A stretch of 64,000 nt of DNA from an uncultured Verrucomicrobiae bacterium (GTDB lineage: Bacteria > Verrucomicrobiota > Verrucomicrobiia > Chthoniobacterales > Chthoniobacteraceae). Below, piece by piece: positions 39,644-49,019 of the stretch. The stretch's first letter is position 1; every line of letters starts with the position of its first letter. The notes beneath the pieces were generated by a model that was not told the DNA's origin, searched no databases, and was given only the letters and a program-made list of their open reading frames with translations. The stretch is from assembly GCA_963836755.1 (NCBI GenBank), contig CAWIKF010000002.1, forward strand, positions 576,001 to 640,000, written 5' to 3'. A program made the position numbers and the translations under genes.

Positions 39644-40460
39644 ATGAAGACGAGCATCCTCCTTGGCATAGCTTTAGTAACTTTCACGCAAAGCTCAGCG
39701 TTTGCGGGTGAGAAAAACGTGGAAGTTAGTGTGCCGGCCGGCATCAATCACGGCGACTACGACCGGCTGCTGAAAAAATACGTGAACGATAACGGCTTGG
39801 TCGCTTATCAAAGTTGGAAAAATAACGCCGCGGATCGTGCAGCTCTGGAACAGTATATTGCGCAGTTCCAGCAGAAGGGATCTCCCGCCATAGGCGACGA
39901 AAAGTTTGCTTCGCTAATCAACGCTTACAACGCCGGCGTGCTGGAGTGGATCTTGCAAAAGTATCGGACAGAAAGCATCCAGATCTACAAGGACTCCTTT
40001 AGTGGAAAGCGATACAAAATCGGGAGCCAAACGGTCTCCCTTAACGATATCGAGCACGGGACGCTGCGGCCGCAATACGGTTACCGCACTCACGCCGCGC
40101 TTGTAGCGCCGCGAGAGTTGCCCACCTCTCCAACGCTCCGCCTACACTGCTGCCGCACTCGAAGAGCGGGACGCGCATGCCTATGAGGTATGGCTTGCAC
40201 GGAAAGACATGAATGAATTCAAGCCGCCTGAAAATTCAGTTGATATCTCCAGCATCTTCAAATGGTTCAAAAGCGATTTCGATGACGCGGGTGGAGTCAC
40301 AAAGATTCTTGCTCGTTACGCTCCTGAGCAATACCGGCAGTTCATCCGCGGCGGTAAATACGAAACGACTTATAAGACCTACAACTGGGGTTTGAATGAT
40401 CAGGGCGAACACGGTCACCACTACGGGACCACCAATCTTATTTTTGACAAGATATTCTAG
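39644..40460 (+). pseudogene. DUF547 exported protein, frameshifted at about 40105-40116
   Basis: INAYN, SLNDIEHG, HAALV then out-of-frame SCPPL...SSIFKWFKSDF...YNWGLN; two 1-nt deletions would restore VCAARSCPPL. Confidence 0.82.
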
Positions 40461-40511
40461 CCTAACTACGCCTAAGGCATCGGGAATTTTGGTGGCGTGG
40501 ACCATTGAACT

Positions 40512-41210
40512 GTGTTTGTGAACATTTTAAAGGGCCACTGGAAGTGGATCGTAATAGGTTTCATACTTTCATTTCTCTCAGCGGCGGCGACCCTGCTTCC
40601 TCTCAAAGAATGGGCAAAGACCTTTGTCGACCTCGTGCAGAGATTTGGTGCTTGGGGAGTCGTTATCTTCATCGGCATTTACGCTTTGGCGACTGTTCTT
40701 TTCGTTCCTGGCTGGATCCTCACCGTGAGCGCCGGCTTGATCTACGGCATCTTCGGCGGCACGGCTGTTGCGCTGATCGGAGCTACTATGGGCGCGCCAC
40801 TTGCCTTTCTCGTTGCTCGTTATCTGCTGCCAGGAAGGATCGAAAGTGGAGCGAAGGAGAATGACCGGTTCAAGAGTATTGACGAAGCTATTGGCAAGGA
40901 TGGCTGGAAGATTGTGGGACTACTGCGACTCAGTCCGTTGATACCATTCAATCTTAGCAACTACCTTTATGGTGTGACGTCTATCCGGCTCGTTCCTTAC
41001 GTGTTGGCTTCAGCAGTGGGAATGCTGCCTGGCACGTTGCTCTATTCTTATCTTGGCGCTGTGGGGAAAGTGACTGTAATTGGTGAAAAATCTGGTCACA
41101 GTCCCTTGCAGTATTTGATGCTCGCAGTCGGCCTGCTCGCTACCATAGTTGTGGCAATTTATGTTAGCCGTCTTGGCCGCAAAGCACTAACAAAGTCCGG
41201 TTCGACCTAA
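40512..41210 (+). CDS. TVP38/TMEM64 (DedA superfamily) membrane protein
   Basis: LFVPGWILT, AFLVARY, LLRLSPLIPFNLSNY, GMLPGT. Confidence 0.88.
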   Translation: MFVNILKGHWKWIVIGFILSFLSAAATLLPLKEWAKTFVDLVQRFGAWGVVIFIGIYALATVLFVPGWILTVSAGLIYGIFGGTAVALIGATMGAPLAFLVARYLLPGRIESGAKENDRFKSIDEAIGKDGWKIVGLLRLSPLIPFNLSNYLYGVTSIRLVPYVLASAVGMLPGTLLYSYLGAVGKVTVIGEKSGHSPLQYLMLAVGLLATIVVAIYVSRLGRKALTKSGST

Positions 41211-41234
41211 GCATAAGTGTGGGTCAGCGAGAGC

Positions 41235-42203
41235 TTATGCGGCGCTTTCCGCAGCGATGACGGCGACTGGACTATCGACGCGTTGCGCCGTGGCATGGGT
41301 CTTCATCGATTCGACAGCTTGCGAACCGACGTTGGAGCAAAGTGCTCCGAATTTATAGCAGGTGGAGCAAGCCTGATGATCCAGGCGGAATCCAGTGAGT
41401 GAGTCTTGAAGCGTGATTCCCAATTGTGCTCGTGGTTGATCGACGAGGACCGGGCAAACGTGGACTCCGCGATCGCTCACGATGCGGCTGTTGTGGCAAA
41501 GAAGTTGTTTCACATCATAACCGACCATCATTTCCTCGGTCACCCAATCGAACTTCTCATAGCCGCGATCGCGCGAAGCTTCTTCGCCGATCTTCAATGA
41601 TGGTAAAAGCTTCATGCGCGGACGGTCATAACCGATGGCGCGAAGGTGCCTTTTAAACTCCATGAGAAACTCCTCGTCATTTTCGATAGGCCAGGAACGC
41701 ATCGAGGTGATAATCGGCAAAAAGCCGTGGGCTGCGAGGAGCTTTACTCCAGCCATTGCAGCGTCAAAGGTTCCTTCACCACGGATGGGATCGTTTGTGG
41801 CTGGGGAGAATCCATCGATGCTGACACGAATCTCCAAGGAATACTTTGACTCGCCGCGAATCTGAGCGAGCCGCGCGACTTTTTCCTGCGAAAGCCTCGT
41901 CGCGTTAGTAAGAACAGTCGCCGGACCCGCCCCGAGCGTAGCTTTCAGGATCTGCATGATGTCTGGATTGATGAATGGCTCTCCGCCCGTGAAGTAGTAT
42001 TCCTTTACTCCCAGCTTTACCGACTCATCGAGATACTCCTTGAACTGCGCGAACTTCATCGGCCCGAAGGTATGGTTGTCGGGAGCGCATGAGATAAAGC
42101 AATGATGACAGCGAAGGTTGCAAAGTGTGCCGGAAATTTGAAACCATACCGCGTCCAGCGAGGTCAGCGGGAGGTAGGGGAAGCGAAGAGGCTGCTTATC
42201 CAC
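41235..42203 (-). CDS. Radical SAM protein with Cys-rich C-terminus (ArsS-related by context)
   Basis: CNLRCHHC, FTGGEPF, VLTN, RVSIDG; C-terminal C...CP...CSTC...C. Confidence 0.88.
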   Translation of the reverse strand: MDKQPLRFPYLPLTSLDAVWFQISGTLCNLRCHHCFISCAPDNHTFGPMKFAQFKEYLDESVKLGVKEYYFTGGEPFINPDIMQILKATLGAGPATVLTNATRLSQEKVARLAQIRGESKYSLEIRVSIDGFSPATNDPIRGEGTFDAAMAGVKLLAAHGFLPIITSMRSWPIENDEEFLMEFKRHLRAIGYDRPRMKLLPSLKIGEEASRDRGYEKFDWVTEEMMVGYDVKQLLCHNSRIVSDRGVHVCPVLVDQPRAQLGITLQDSLTGFRLDHQACSTCYKFGALCSNVGSQAVESMKTHATAQRVDSPVAVIAAESAA

Positions 42204-42310
42204 GCGGCGTCAAAGTCTCGTTCTGAGGATTTCCGCCGTTTGGCCAGAAATCGGATTTGCAAAAGCGTGCGAGCGCCTTCGCCAGATTTCGTTTTTGGGT
42301 AGATGCATGT

Positions 42311-43105
42311 TCATGAAGTCAGCTCATCGGCGCGTTGAATGGAAACTGCTGCCTCGCTTGGCGGCGGCACGATGTTTTCGCGCAAGTTCCCGGCGTAATA
42401 GCTGCGATGCAAGCGTCCGGGCGGAAGCCCGCAATGAAACAGCGCGAGGAAAAAAGCGTTTTGCAGCGTCACTTTCCACGCACCCTGATCCATGTGCCGG
42501 CGCGGCGAGGTCTTCATCGGCGGATCCAACATCACGATCGCTCCGCTCCGCCGGAGTCGCCGTGAAAATTCCACATCCTCCATCAGCGGGATCGACGCGA
42601 AACCGCCGAGCCGGGAAAACATTTCGCGCCGCACAAAAATGCTCTGATCGCCATACAACGTCCCAAAAAGACGGCAGTGCAGCCGCTCCCATTTTTCGAG
42701 CCAGAGCAGGTGAGGATGCCGTTCGTCGAACTTCCGATAAAACGCGCCGCCGACGAAATCGCGCCGGCTCATCGCTCGCGCCAGCGCGGAGGTTTGTGCG
42801 CGCGTGAGGAGCGAGTCCGCATGATGAAAAAGCAGAACGTCGCCGGTGGCCAGGCTCGCGCCGAGATTCATCTGCGGGCCTCGAGCCGGTTTCGCGACAG
42901 TGCAGAATCGAACATTCTCAATCTCCGCGAGATCCTCGAATGTCTCGTCTTCGTTGACGCCGACGAGGATCGTTTCAAGCACGCCAGGAAAAGTTGCCCA
43001 TTCCTTTGCCAGCTCCGCAACCGCTTTGCTTTCTTTCCAGCACGGCACGATCAGGCTAATGGTCGCCAAAGATTCGCGCGGGCGGCTGACTTGATCGTTC
43101 TCCAT
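42311..43105 (-). CDS. Second TIGR04283-like GT2 glycosyltransferase
   Basis: RGPQMNLGA, FHHADS, YGDQSIFVRR, GGFASIPLMED, TSPRR. Confidence 0.85.
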   Translation of the reverse strand: MENDQVSRPRESLATISLIVPCWKESKAVAELAKEWATFPGVLETILVGVNEDETFEDLAEIENVRFCTVAKPARGPQMNLGASLATGDVLLFHHADSLLTRAQTSALARAMSRRDFVGGAFYRKFDERHPHLLWLEKWERLHCRLFGTLYGDQSIFVRREMFSRLGGFASIPLMEDVEFSRRLRRSGAIVMLDPPMKTSPRRHMDQGAWKVTLQNAFFLALFHCGLPPGRLHRSYYAGNLRENIVPPPSEAAVSIQRADELTS

Positions 43106-43117
43106 TAAACTTTGATT

Positions 43118-43918
43118 TCAAAAACGGCCGCGCGCTCGCTCCTTTGCCGGCAGCACTTCGAGACAAGTAGTCCACCATCCCGTCTCAATAGTCTCGACGA
43201 ATTCCTCCGGCAAACGCTCCTGCCGCATCTCGGCCGCGAGACTTTGATGGTCGTATCGCAGCGGCACGAAGTCGACCGCGAGCGAGTCGCCGGCAATGTT
43301 TAAAATCGCATACCAGACGTTTGTGCCGCCGTCATTTGCGGGCCGGCCAATCGCGCCGCAGTTGACTACATGTTTCCCGTCCGCGACTTCGCGGTGCCAG
43401 TGCAAACCGGTGTGTGTGACGACGATGATATCGGCATGAAATTCGTCGCAAAGCCGCGCCAGGAAAGCATCCGCAGCCGATGTCTCCCAAAGAAATTCGT
43501 TCGTTTGCCGGGGCGATCCATGGCAAAGCAGAATGTCAAAGCTGCCGACGTGCAGCCGTATTTCTGCCGGCAAAGCTTTGAGCCAATCCTTATTTTCCAC
43601 TGACGTGTTTTTGAAGGTGTAATCGTAGGAAAGTTTCGCGAAATAGTTGTCCAGCGCGTCGGTGTAGCCGCAATGGCAATCGACAAGTCCGTTACCGACG
43701 GAATGGTCGTAATTTCCCTGCACCACCGGAATCGCGCTCTCCCAAAGCAACGGAAACACCAAGTCCGGGTGCGGTCCAAACGCGCCCAGGTCGCCGAGGC
43801 AATACGCTTTGTGAATCCCGCGCTTTTTTAAATCGTCGATCACCGCTCGCAGCGCGAGATGATTGCTATAAACGCCGCCAAAAACCGCGATCTGTTCCGT
43901 CGACGGAGCGCCGCTCAT
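43118..43918 (-). CDS. Calcineurin-like metallophosphoesterase with atypical metal motifs
   Basis: CLGDL, QGNYD, CHGSP, VNCGAIGRP; first motif reads GGVYSN. Confidence 0.82.
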   Translation of the reverse strand: MSGAPSTEQIAVFGGVYSNHLALRAVIDDLKKRGIHKAYCLGDLGAFGPHPDLVFPLLWESAIPVVQGNYDHSVGNGLVDCHCGYTDALDNYFAKLSYDYTFKNTSVENKDWLKALPAEIRLHVGSFDILLCHGSPRQTNEFLWETSAADAFLARLCDEFHADIIVVTHTGLHWHREVADGKHVVNCGAIGRPANDGGTNVWYAILNIAGDSLAVDFVPLRYDHQSLAAEMRQERLPEEFVETIETGWWTTCLEVLPAKERARGRF

Positions 43919-44069
43919 TCTCAGATTTTCGCGAGCTCCAGCGGTTGCCATGCAATGACCATTAGCAAAGATACGAAACTTTGTCCGGCGTGGGATGCAG
44001 GCGCGATTATTTTGATGTGTCGATTACTTGCAAGCTTCGCGCAGCCGTGATCGGCTGAGGGACTTTTCG

Positions 44070-45212
44070 ATGAAAAAAAGAATCGCGATCATTGGCGCAG
44101 GCCCGATCGGTATCGAGGCGGCGCTCGCGGCCACCTCGACAGGATTCGACGTGGAAGTTTTCGAGCGCGGCGAGCTCGCCGATTCCGTGCGAAAATGGGG
44201 ACACGTCCGGATGTTCTCGCCATTCGGGATGAATTCTTCGCCCGAAGGACGCGCGCGGCTGGAACGATGCGGCTTCGCACTACCGCAAAATGAAGCGCTG
44301 CTGAGCGGCGCGGAATTCGTGCAGAGCTATCTGACGCCGCTCGCAGAATTGCTTGCGGCGTCCATTCATCTTCACACTGAAGTCCTCGCCATCGGCAGAA
44401 AAGGAATACGCAAAACGGAAATGATCGGCGATCCCGCGCGTGCGCAGCGGCCTTTCCGGCTCATGTTCCGCGAAAAAGATGCAGAGCATTTTTCCGAGCA
44501 TGATTTTGTTTTTGATTGCAGCGGCACATTTCTGAATCCGAACCCGCTCGGCGACGCTGGTCTCCCTGCATTGGGCGAAATGGCGATGCGTGATTCCATT
44601 TCATACGGGATTCCTGATGTTCGCTATTTTTCCGGCCGACGGATTTTGGTGGTTGGCGGCGGACATTCCGCGGCGACGCTGGTTCGCGGTCTTTCCGAGG
44701 TCGGCGCGGCGATGACGTGGTCGATCCGCAAGTCACTTGCAGTTCCATGCTCGCGCATTCCCGACGATCCTCTCACGGCGCGCGATGAACTTTCACGCGA
44801 AGCGAATGCGATCGCGGAGAAGATCGATTTTCGCCCCGGCACAACGGTTCAGGCCGTTCGAAAAAATGGATCAGGTGTGTCGGTCCTTTTGGAGCGCGAC
44901 GGCGCCGAGGAAAATCTGCACGTCGATCACATCCTCGCCGCGACCGGATTTCGACCGGATCCAAATCTCGCGCGCGAGCTACAAGTGCAGACCTGCTGGG
45001 CCACGGAAGGCGCTTACCATCTCGCTGCGCAGCTCCTCGGCGAAGAAGCCGGTGACTGCCTCGCGGCACCGATGAGCGGAGTGGAGACGCTGTTTCATCC
45101 CGAGCCGGGCTACTTCATTCTCGGCATGAAAAGTTACGGACGCAGTCCCGATTTTTTGATTCGCACCGGTCATCAGCAAATTGCCGCGGTGCTCGCTCAC
45201 TTGGAAAAATAG
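44070..45212 (+). CDS. FAD/NAD(P)-dependent oxidoreductase (ars-associated flavoprotein type)
   Basis: IIGAGPIG, WGHVRMFSP, VGGGHSA, ATGFRPD, HPEPGYFILGMKSYGR. Confidence 0.85.
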   Translation: MKKRIAIIGAGPIGIEAALAATSTGFDVEVFERGELADSVRKWGHVRMFSPFGMNSSPEGRARLERCGFALPQNEALLSGAEFVQSYLTPLAELLAASIHLHTEVLAIGRKGIRKTEMIGDPARAQRPFRLMFREKDAEHFSEHDFVFDCSGTFLNPNPLGDAGLPALGEMAMRDSISYGIPDVRYFSGRRILVVGGGHSAATLVRGLSEVGAAMTWSIRKSLAVPCSRIPDDPLTARDELSREANAIAEKIDFRPGTTVQAVRKNGSGVSVLLERDGAEENLHVDHILAATGFRPDPNLARELQVQTCWATEGAYHLAAQLLGEEAGDCLAAPMSGVETLFHPEPGYFILGMKSYGRSPDFLIRTGHQQIAAVLAHLEK

Positions 45213-45265
45213 CAACGGCAGATTTTCTGTCGCAGCTTGATGGACCGCGATTTAAGGTTCAGCCG

Positions 45266-46645
45266 ATGTCACTGCTCATCAAAAACGGCGAGATCGTCAC
45301 GGCCGACGAGCGCTTTGTGGCGGATATTTTTTGCGAGGACGAAACGATCACGCGCATCGGTCGCAACCTCGAGACGCCGCCTGGCTGCGAAGTGATCGAT
45401 GCCGCGGGAATGTATGTCTTCCCCGGATTCATCGATCCGCACGTGCACATTTATTTGCCGTTTATGGGGACGTTTGCAAAGGACACGCATGAGACTGCAA
45501 GCCGCGCGGCGCTCATCGGCGGGACGACGACTTTCATTGAAATGATATGCCCCGCGCGCGGCGATCGGGCGCTGGAGGCATTCGAGCTTTGGCTCGGAAA
45601 GGCGCAGGGAACGAGCGCGTGCGACTTCACGTTTCACATGGGCGTCACGCGTTACGACGAGGAAACGGAGCGCGATCTCGAAGAAATCGTCCGGCGCGGA
45701 GTGGCGAGTTTCAAAGTTTTTCTCGCTTACAGAGGCGCCTTCGGAGTGACCGATGAGGAGCTATACAAAACGTTAACGCTCGCTCGCAAACTCGGCGTCA
45801 TCACCACCGCGCATTGCGAGAATGCGGACCTCGTTCTGGAGCTGCAGAAAAAACTCCTCGCCGAGGGAAAGACCGGTCCGGAATGGCACTACTGGAGCCG
45901 TCCGCCGGCAGTTGAGGCGGAAGGCGTGCATCATTTGACCACGTTTGCCGGCATCACTGGCGCGCACGTTTACATCGTTCATCTGAGCTGCGCGGAAGCA
46001 TTGCGCAACGCGATGCGAGCGTCGGAGCGCGGTGTCAATGTTTGGGTGGAAACTTTGATCCAATATCTGCTGCTCGATCGGACCGCGGCAGAGGCGAACT
46101 TCGACGGCGCGAAAAATGTGATGTCACCTCCGCTGCGCGATAAATCAAATCAGGCAGTGCTCTGGAACGCGCTTGCAAAAGGATTTGCGAGCACGCTGGC
46201 CACCGATCACGCGCCATTCGACTTTGCGACGCAGAAGCAAATGGGGCACGACGATTTCACAAAAATTCCGAATGGGATTCCTTCGCTGGAAGACCGTGTG
46301 AATTTGTATTTCACGCATGGCGTCAAAACTGGCCGCATCGATCTGCATCGTTTCGTGGAAACGGCGAGCACGAACGCGGCAAAGATTTTTGGCTTATTCC
46401 CGCGGAAAGGGACGATCCAACTTGGCAGCGATGCCGACCTCGTGGTTTACGATCCTGATTATCGCGGCACGATCTCCGCGAAAACGCATCACATGAACCT
46501 CGATTACAACTCGTTCGAGGGGATGGAAATATCCGGGCGGCCGCACGTGGTAACGGTTCGCGGCAAAGTCGCGGCGCGCGATGGAGAATTCGTCGGAGAC
46601 GCGAAACGCGGGCAGTTTTTAATGCGCCTGCCCACGCATTTTTAA
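45266..46645 (+). CDS. hydA: Dihydropyrimidinase / D-hydantoinase
   Basis: PGFIDPHVH, GGTTT, SFKVFLAY, HCEN, VHLS, TDHAPF, IPNG, GSDADLVV. Confidence 0.93.
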   Translation: MSLLIKNGEIVTADERFVADIFCEDETITRIGRNLETPPGCEVIDAAGMYVFPGFIDPHVHIYLPFMGTFAKDTHETASRAALIGGTTTFIEMICPARGDRALEAFELWLGKAQGTSACDFTFHMGVTRYDEETERDLEEIVRRGVASFKVFLAYRGAFGVTDEELYKTLTLARKLGVITTAHCENADLVLELQKKLLAEGKTGPEWHYWSRPPAVEAEGVHHLTTFAGITGAHVYIVHLSCAEALRNAMRASERGVNVWVETLIQYLLLDRTAAEANFDGAKNVMSPPLRDKSNQAVLWNALAKGFASTLATDHAPFDFATQKQMGHDDFTKIPNGIPSLEDRVNLYFTHGVKTGRIDLHRFVETASTNAAKIFGLFPRKGTIQLGSDADLVVYDPDYRGTISAKTHHMNLDYNSFEGMEISGRPHVVTVRGKVAARDGEFVGDAKRGQFLMRLPTHF

Positions 46646-46654
46646 ACAAATGTG

Positions 46655-46679
46655 AGCGCGGGTTTGCGCTACTTTTTTT
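46655..46679 (+). terminator. Weak intrinsic terminator after hydA
   Basis: AGCGCG-GGTT-TGCGCT followed by AC and T7. Confidence 0.4.
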
Positions 46680-47169
46680 AGTCGTGTTTGCGGAGCGGAA
46701 CTGGTTTGTGCGGCAGGAACTTTTTCCCGATCAACCAGTCGAGCGAAAATATGCCCGGGCCGAAAACGAAAATCAGAACCGACGCCAACAGAAACAAAAA
46801 AGCGGCGTCGGAGACGAACGCATCGGGATCGTGAAAGATATTGAGCACCGTCTGTCGGCTCGCGGTGAGGTAGGCGACGCAAAAGTTGATGATCAGCGGG
46901 ATCGTGATCAAGCGCGATGCGAGACCCACCAGCAGCAAGAGCCCGCAAACGCATTCCGTGAGTCCGGATATATAAACATTCAGCACCGGAAACGGCACTC
47001 CCCATTCAGTGAAGCGCTGCGCCATCGCCGGCACGTCGGAAAGATGCGCATGGCCGGAGACGAACATCTGCCAGCCCCAATAAAGACGGATCAAAAGAAG
47101 AAGCGGCGATTGCAACTTGCTTGCAAGTGCAATCAACCAGCCATAAGCCGAAGCGAGCATTGGGATCAT
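46678..47169 (-). CDS. DoxX family membrane protein (MNIO operon)
   Basis: RLYWGW, ECVCGLLLLVGLASR, GPGIFSLD; ATGA overlap with the upstream gene. Confidence 0.88.
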   Translation of the reverse strand: MIPMLASAYGWLIALASKLQSPLLLLIRLYWGWQMFVSGHAHLSDVPAMAQRFTEWGVPFPVLNVYISGLTECVCGLLLLVGLASRLITIPLIINFCVAYLTASRQTVLNIFHDPDAFVSDAAFLFLLASVLIFVFGPGIFSLDWLIGKKFLPHKPVPLRKHD

Positions 47170-48131
47170 TTTTGAAAGCGGCAAAACCAGCCGAGTGAAG
47201 TCCAGTTATCGAACCAATCTTTGATCTGCACCGTCCAGTCGACATCGACACGGGTGGATGCGGAAAGCGCATCAACACAGGCTTCCTCGACCGTTGCGCC
47301 GGCGCGAAGTGCGTTGAGAATTGCGAACGCTTCCGCGTCAAGGCGCTTGTAGTAAAGCATGTTGTCGTGACGGTGGACGGAGAGGTAAATGCACTCGCGC
47401 CGCGGGAGTCGGATGCGTTTTTTGCGCGAGAGATCGCGCGGCATTGCATCGACCACGTTGCTCGCCTCGCTTCGAAGAACGTCTATGTCGCGTTTTTTCA
47501 CCGCGAGCAAAAATTCGTCCACGGCAAAATTTACTTCCAAGAGTGAAAGGTAAGGCTGCAAGCCGAGCCGCAGCTTGTCCGGCGTCGTATCGAGCACATC
47601 GTCTGGCGTGATTGCGCGGCGTGCTTCGCCATCGAAAGCGACGACCTGTGCCCATTCGAAGCGCGCCATGTCGAGCGCGAGTTCTTCGCGCGGCGCGGTC
47701 CAGTGCGGTTCCTCGCGCAGGAATTGCTCGAGCCGGCTGCCGAGATTGCGCAGCGTGAAAGAGGCCGATTGATATTTCGCGAGATAAGCCGTCGCCAGCT
47801 TCATGAATCGGCGCTCGCCGAGCACCGCGCGGAGTCCGGGATAATCTTCGTAGAGACAATCAAGGATGCGAAACCAATAGCAGCGATTGTAAATTTCGAG
47901 CCGATCGAATGACGTGAGCCGGTCGTTCGGCTTGATGAATTGCGCCGCAAAATCGCGCATGTCGCTGCCGTCCGTCCAGCGCGGCTGCATGCGATCCTCG
48001 GCGGTAAGCGGGCGGAAAAGTGCGCCGGCCATCTGCTGCTGCAGATCCTTCAACCGCGCGCGCGAATGCGCATCAGGCAGCGGGCGAAGTGGCGAGCTGA
48101 TCGACGAACTTGTTGGCTTTGAGCGCTTCAT
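47166..48131 (-). CDS. DUF2063-type MNIO partner protein
   Basis: RLEIYNRCYWFR..CLYEDYPGL, ARFEWA; directly after DUF692. Confidence 0.85.
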   Translation of the reverse strand: MKRSKPTSSSISSPLRPLPDAHSRARLKDLQQQMAGALFRPLTAEDRMQPRWTDGSDMRDFAAQFIKPNDRLTSFDRLEIYNRCYWFRILDCLYEDYPGLRAVLGERRFMKLATAYLAKYQSASFTLRNLGSRLEQFLREEPHWTAPREELALDMARFEWAQVVAFDGEARRAITPDDVLDTTPDKLRLGLQPYLSLLEVNFAVDEFLLAVKKRDIDVLRSEASNVVDAMPRDLSRKKRIRLPRRECIYLSVHRHDNMLYYKRLDAEAFAILNALRAGATVEEACVDALSASTRVDVDWTVQIKDWFDNWTSLGWFCRFQK

Positions 48132-48924
48132 TATGGACTTCGTCAAACGACGGGATGCGGTCATCCCATTCGAGCAGAGTGGCGGTGCGTCCGACGAGCT
48201 TGATCGCGTGCTGATACATTTTCCAGACGGGATCGAGCACCGGATGATCGTGCGTATCGAGGATGAATTTTTCGAATTTTGAATGCCCCGCAATGTGAAT
48301 CTGCCCGACGCGATGGTGCGGGACATTGTTTAAATAATCGTAAGGATCAAAATTGTGGTTCTGCGACGAGACATAGATGTTGTTCACATCGAGCAAAATT
48401 CCGCAGTCCGCGCGCTCGGCGACCTCGCTCAGAAATTCCCACTCGGTCATTTCCGATGCGTGAAATTCTGCGTAGCTGCTGACGTTTTCCACGCAAATCG
48501 GGACCTCGAGAAAATCGCGCGCTTCGCGGATGTTGTCCGCCGTCGCCTGCGCCGCGCCGAACGTGTAAGGCATCGGCAGCAGGTCGTGCGTGTAGCGTCC
48601 ATCGACGCTGCCCCAGCAAAGATGATCGCTGAGCCACGGCGTGTTTGTGCGCTTCACGAGTCGTTTTAATTTTTTTAAATGCTCGCGGTTCAGCCGATCC
48701 GCGGAGCCAAAATACATCGCGACGCCGTGCTGCACCACGCGGTATTGCTCGAGGATTTGGTCGAGCACTTCGAGCGGCCGTCCGCCATCGACCATGAAGT
48801 TTTCCGAGATGATTTCGAACCAATCGACGACCGGTTTTTCCGCCAGGATGTGCCGGTAATGCGGCACGCGCAGGCCGATGCCGATGCCGTATTCGGTAAA
48901 ATTATTGAAAGGATTTGCCGGCAT
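48073..48924 (-). CDS. Multinuclear non-heme iron oxidase (DUF692/MNIO)
   Basis: GIGLRVPHY, EIISENF, HGV, SDHLCW, ENVSSY, LLDVNNIYVS, HIAGH, DTHD, LEWD. Confidence 0.95.
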   Translation of the reverse strand: MPANPFNNFTEYGIGIGLRVPHYRHILAEKPVVDWFEIISENFMVDGGRPLEVLDQILEQYRVVQHGVAMYFGSADRLNREHLKKLKRLVKRTNTPWLSDHLCWGSVDGRYTHDLLPMPYTFGAAQATADNIREARDFLEVPICVENVSSYAEFHASEMTEWEFLSEVAERADCGILLDVNNIYVSSQNHNFDPYDYLNNVPHHRVGQIHIAGHSKFEKFILDTHDHPVLDPVWKMYQHAIKLVGRTATLLEWDDRIPSFDEVHNEALKANKFVDQLATSPAA

Positions 48925-48938
48925 TTTCTTTTGAAAGC

Positions 48939-49008
48939 GAGGGTCGGAGGATTAAACTCCGGCCCTCGCCAACAATGCTTCGGCCGCTCGCCGCTGGGCA
49001 AGCGGCCG
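48939..49008 (-). promoter_or_regulatory. Two tandem stem-loops between the precursor and MNIO genes
   Basis: 48981-49008: 12-bp stem (G-U pair on the minus strand); 48939-48967: 11-bp stem. Confidence 0.6.
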
Positions 49009-49019
49009 CAATGCTTTTG

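Noticed and set aside
45266..46645. hydA as part of the arsenic cluster
   Set aside because: Ordinary dihydropyrimidinase; adjacency and co-orientation are the only links
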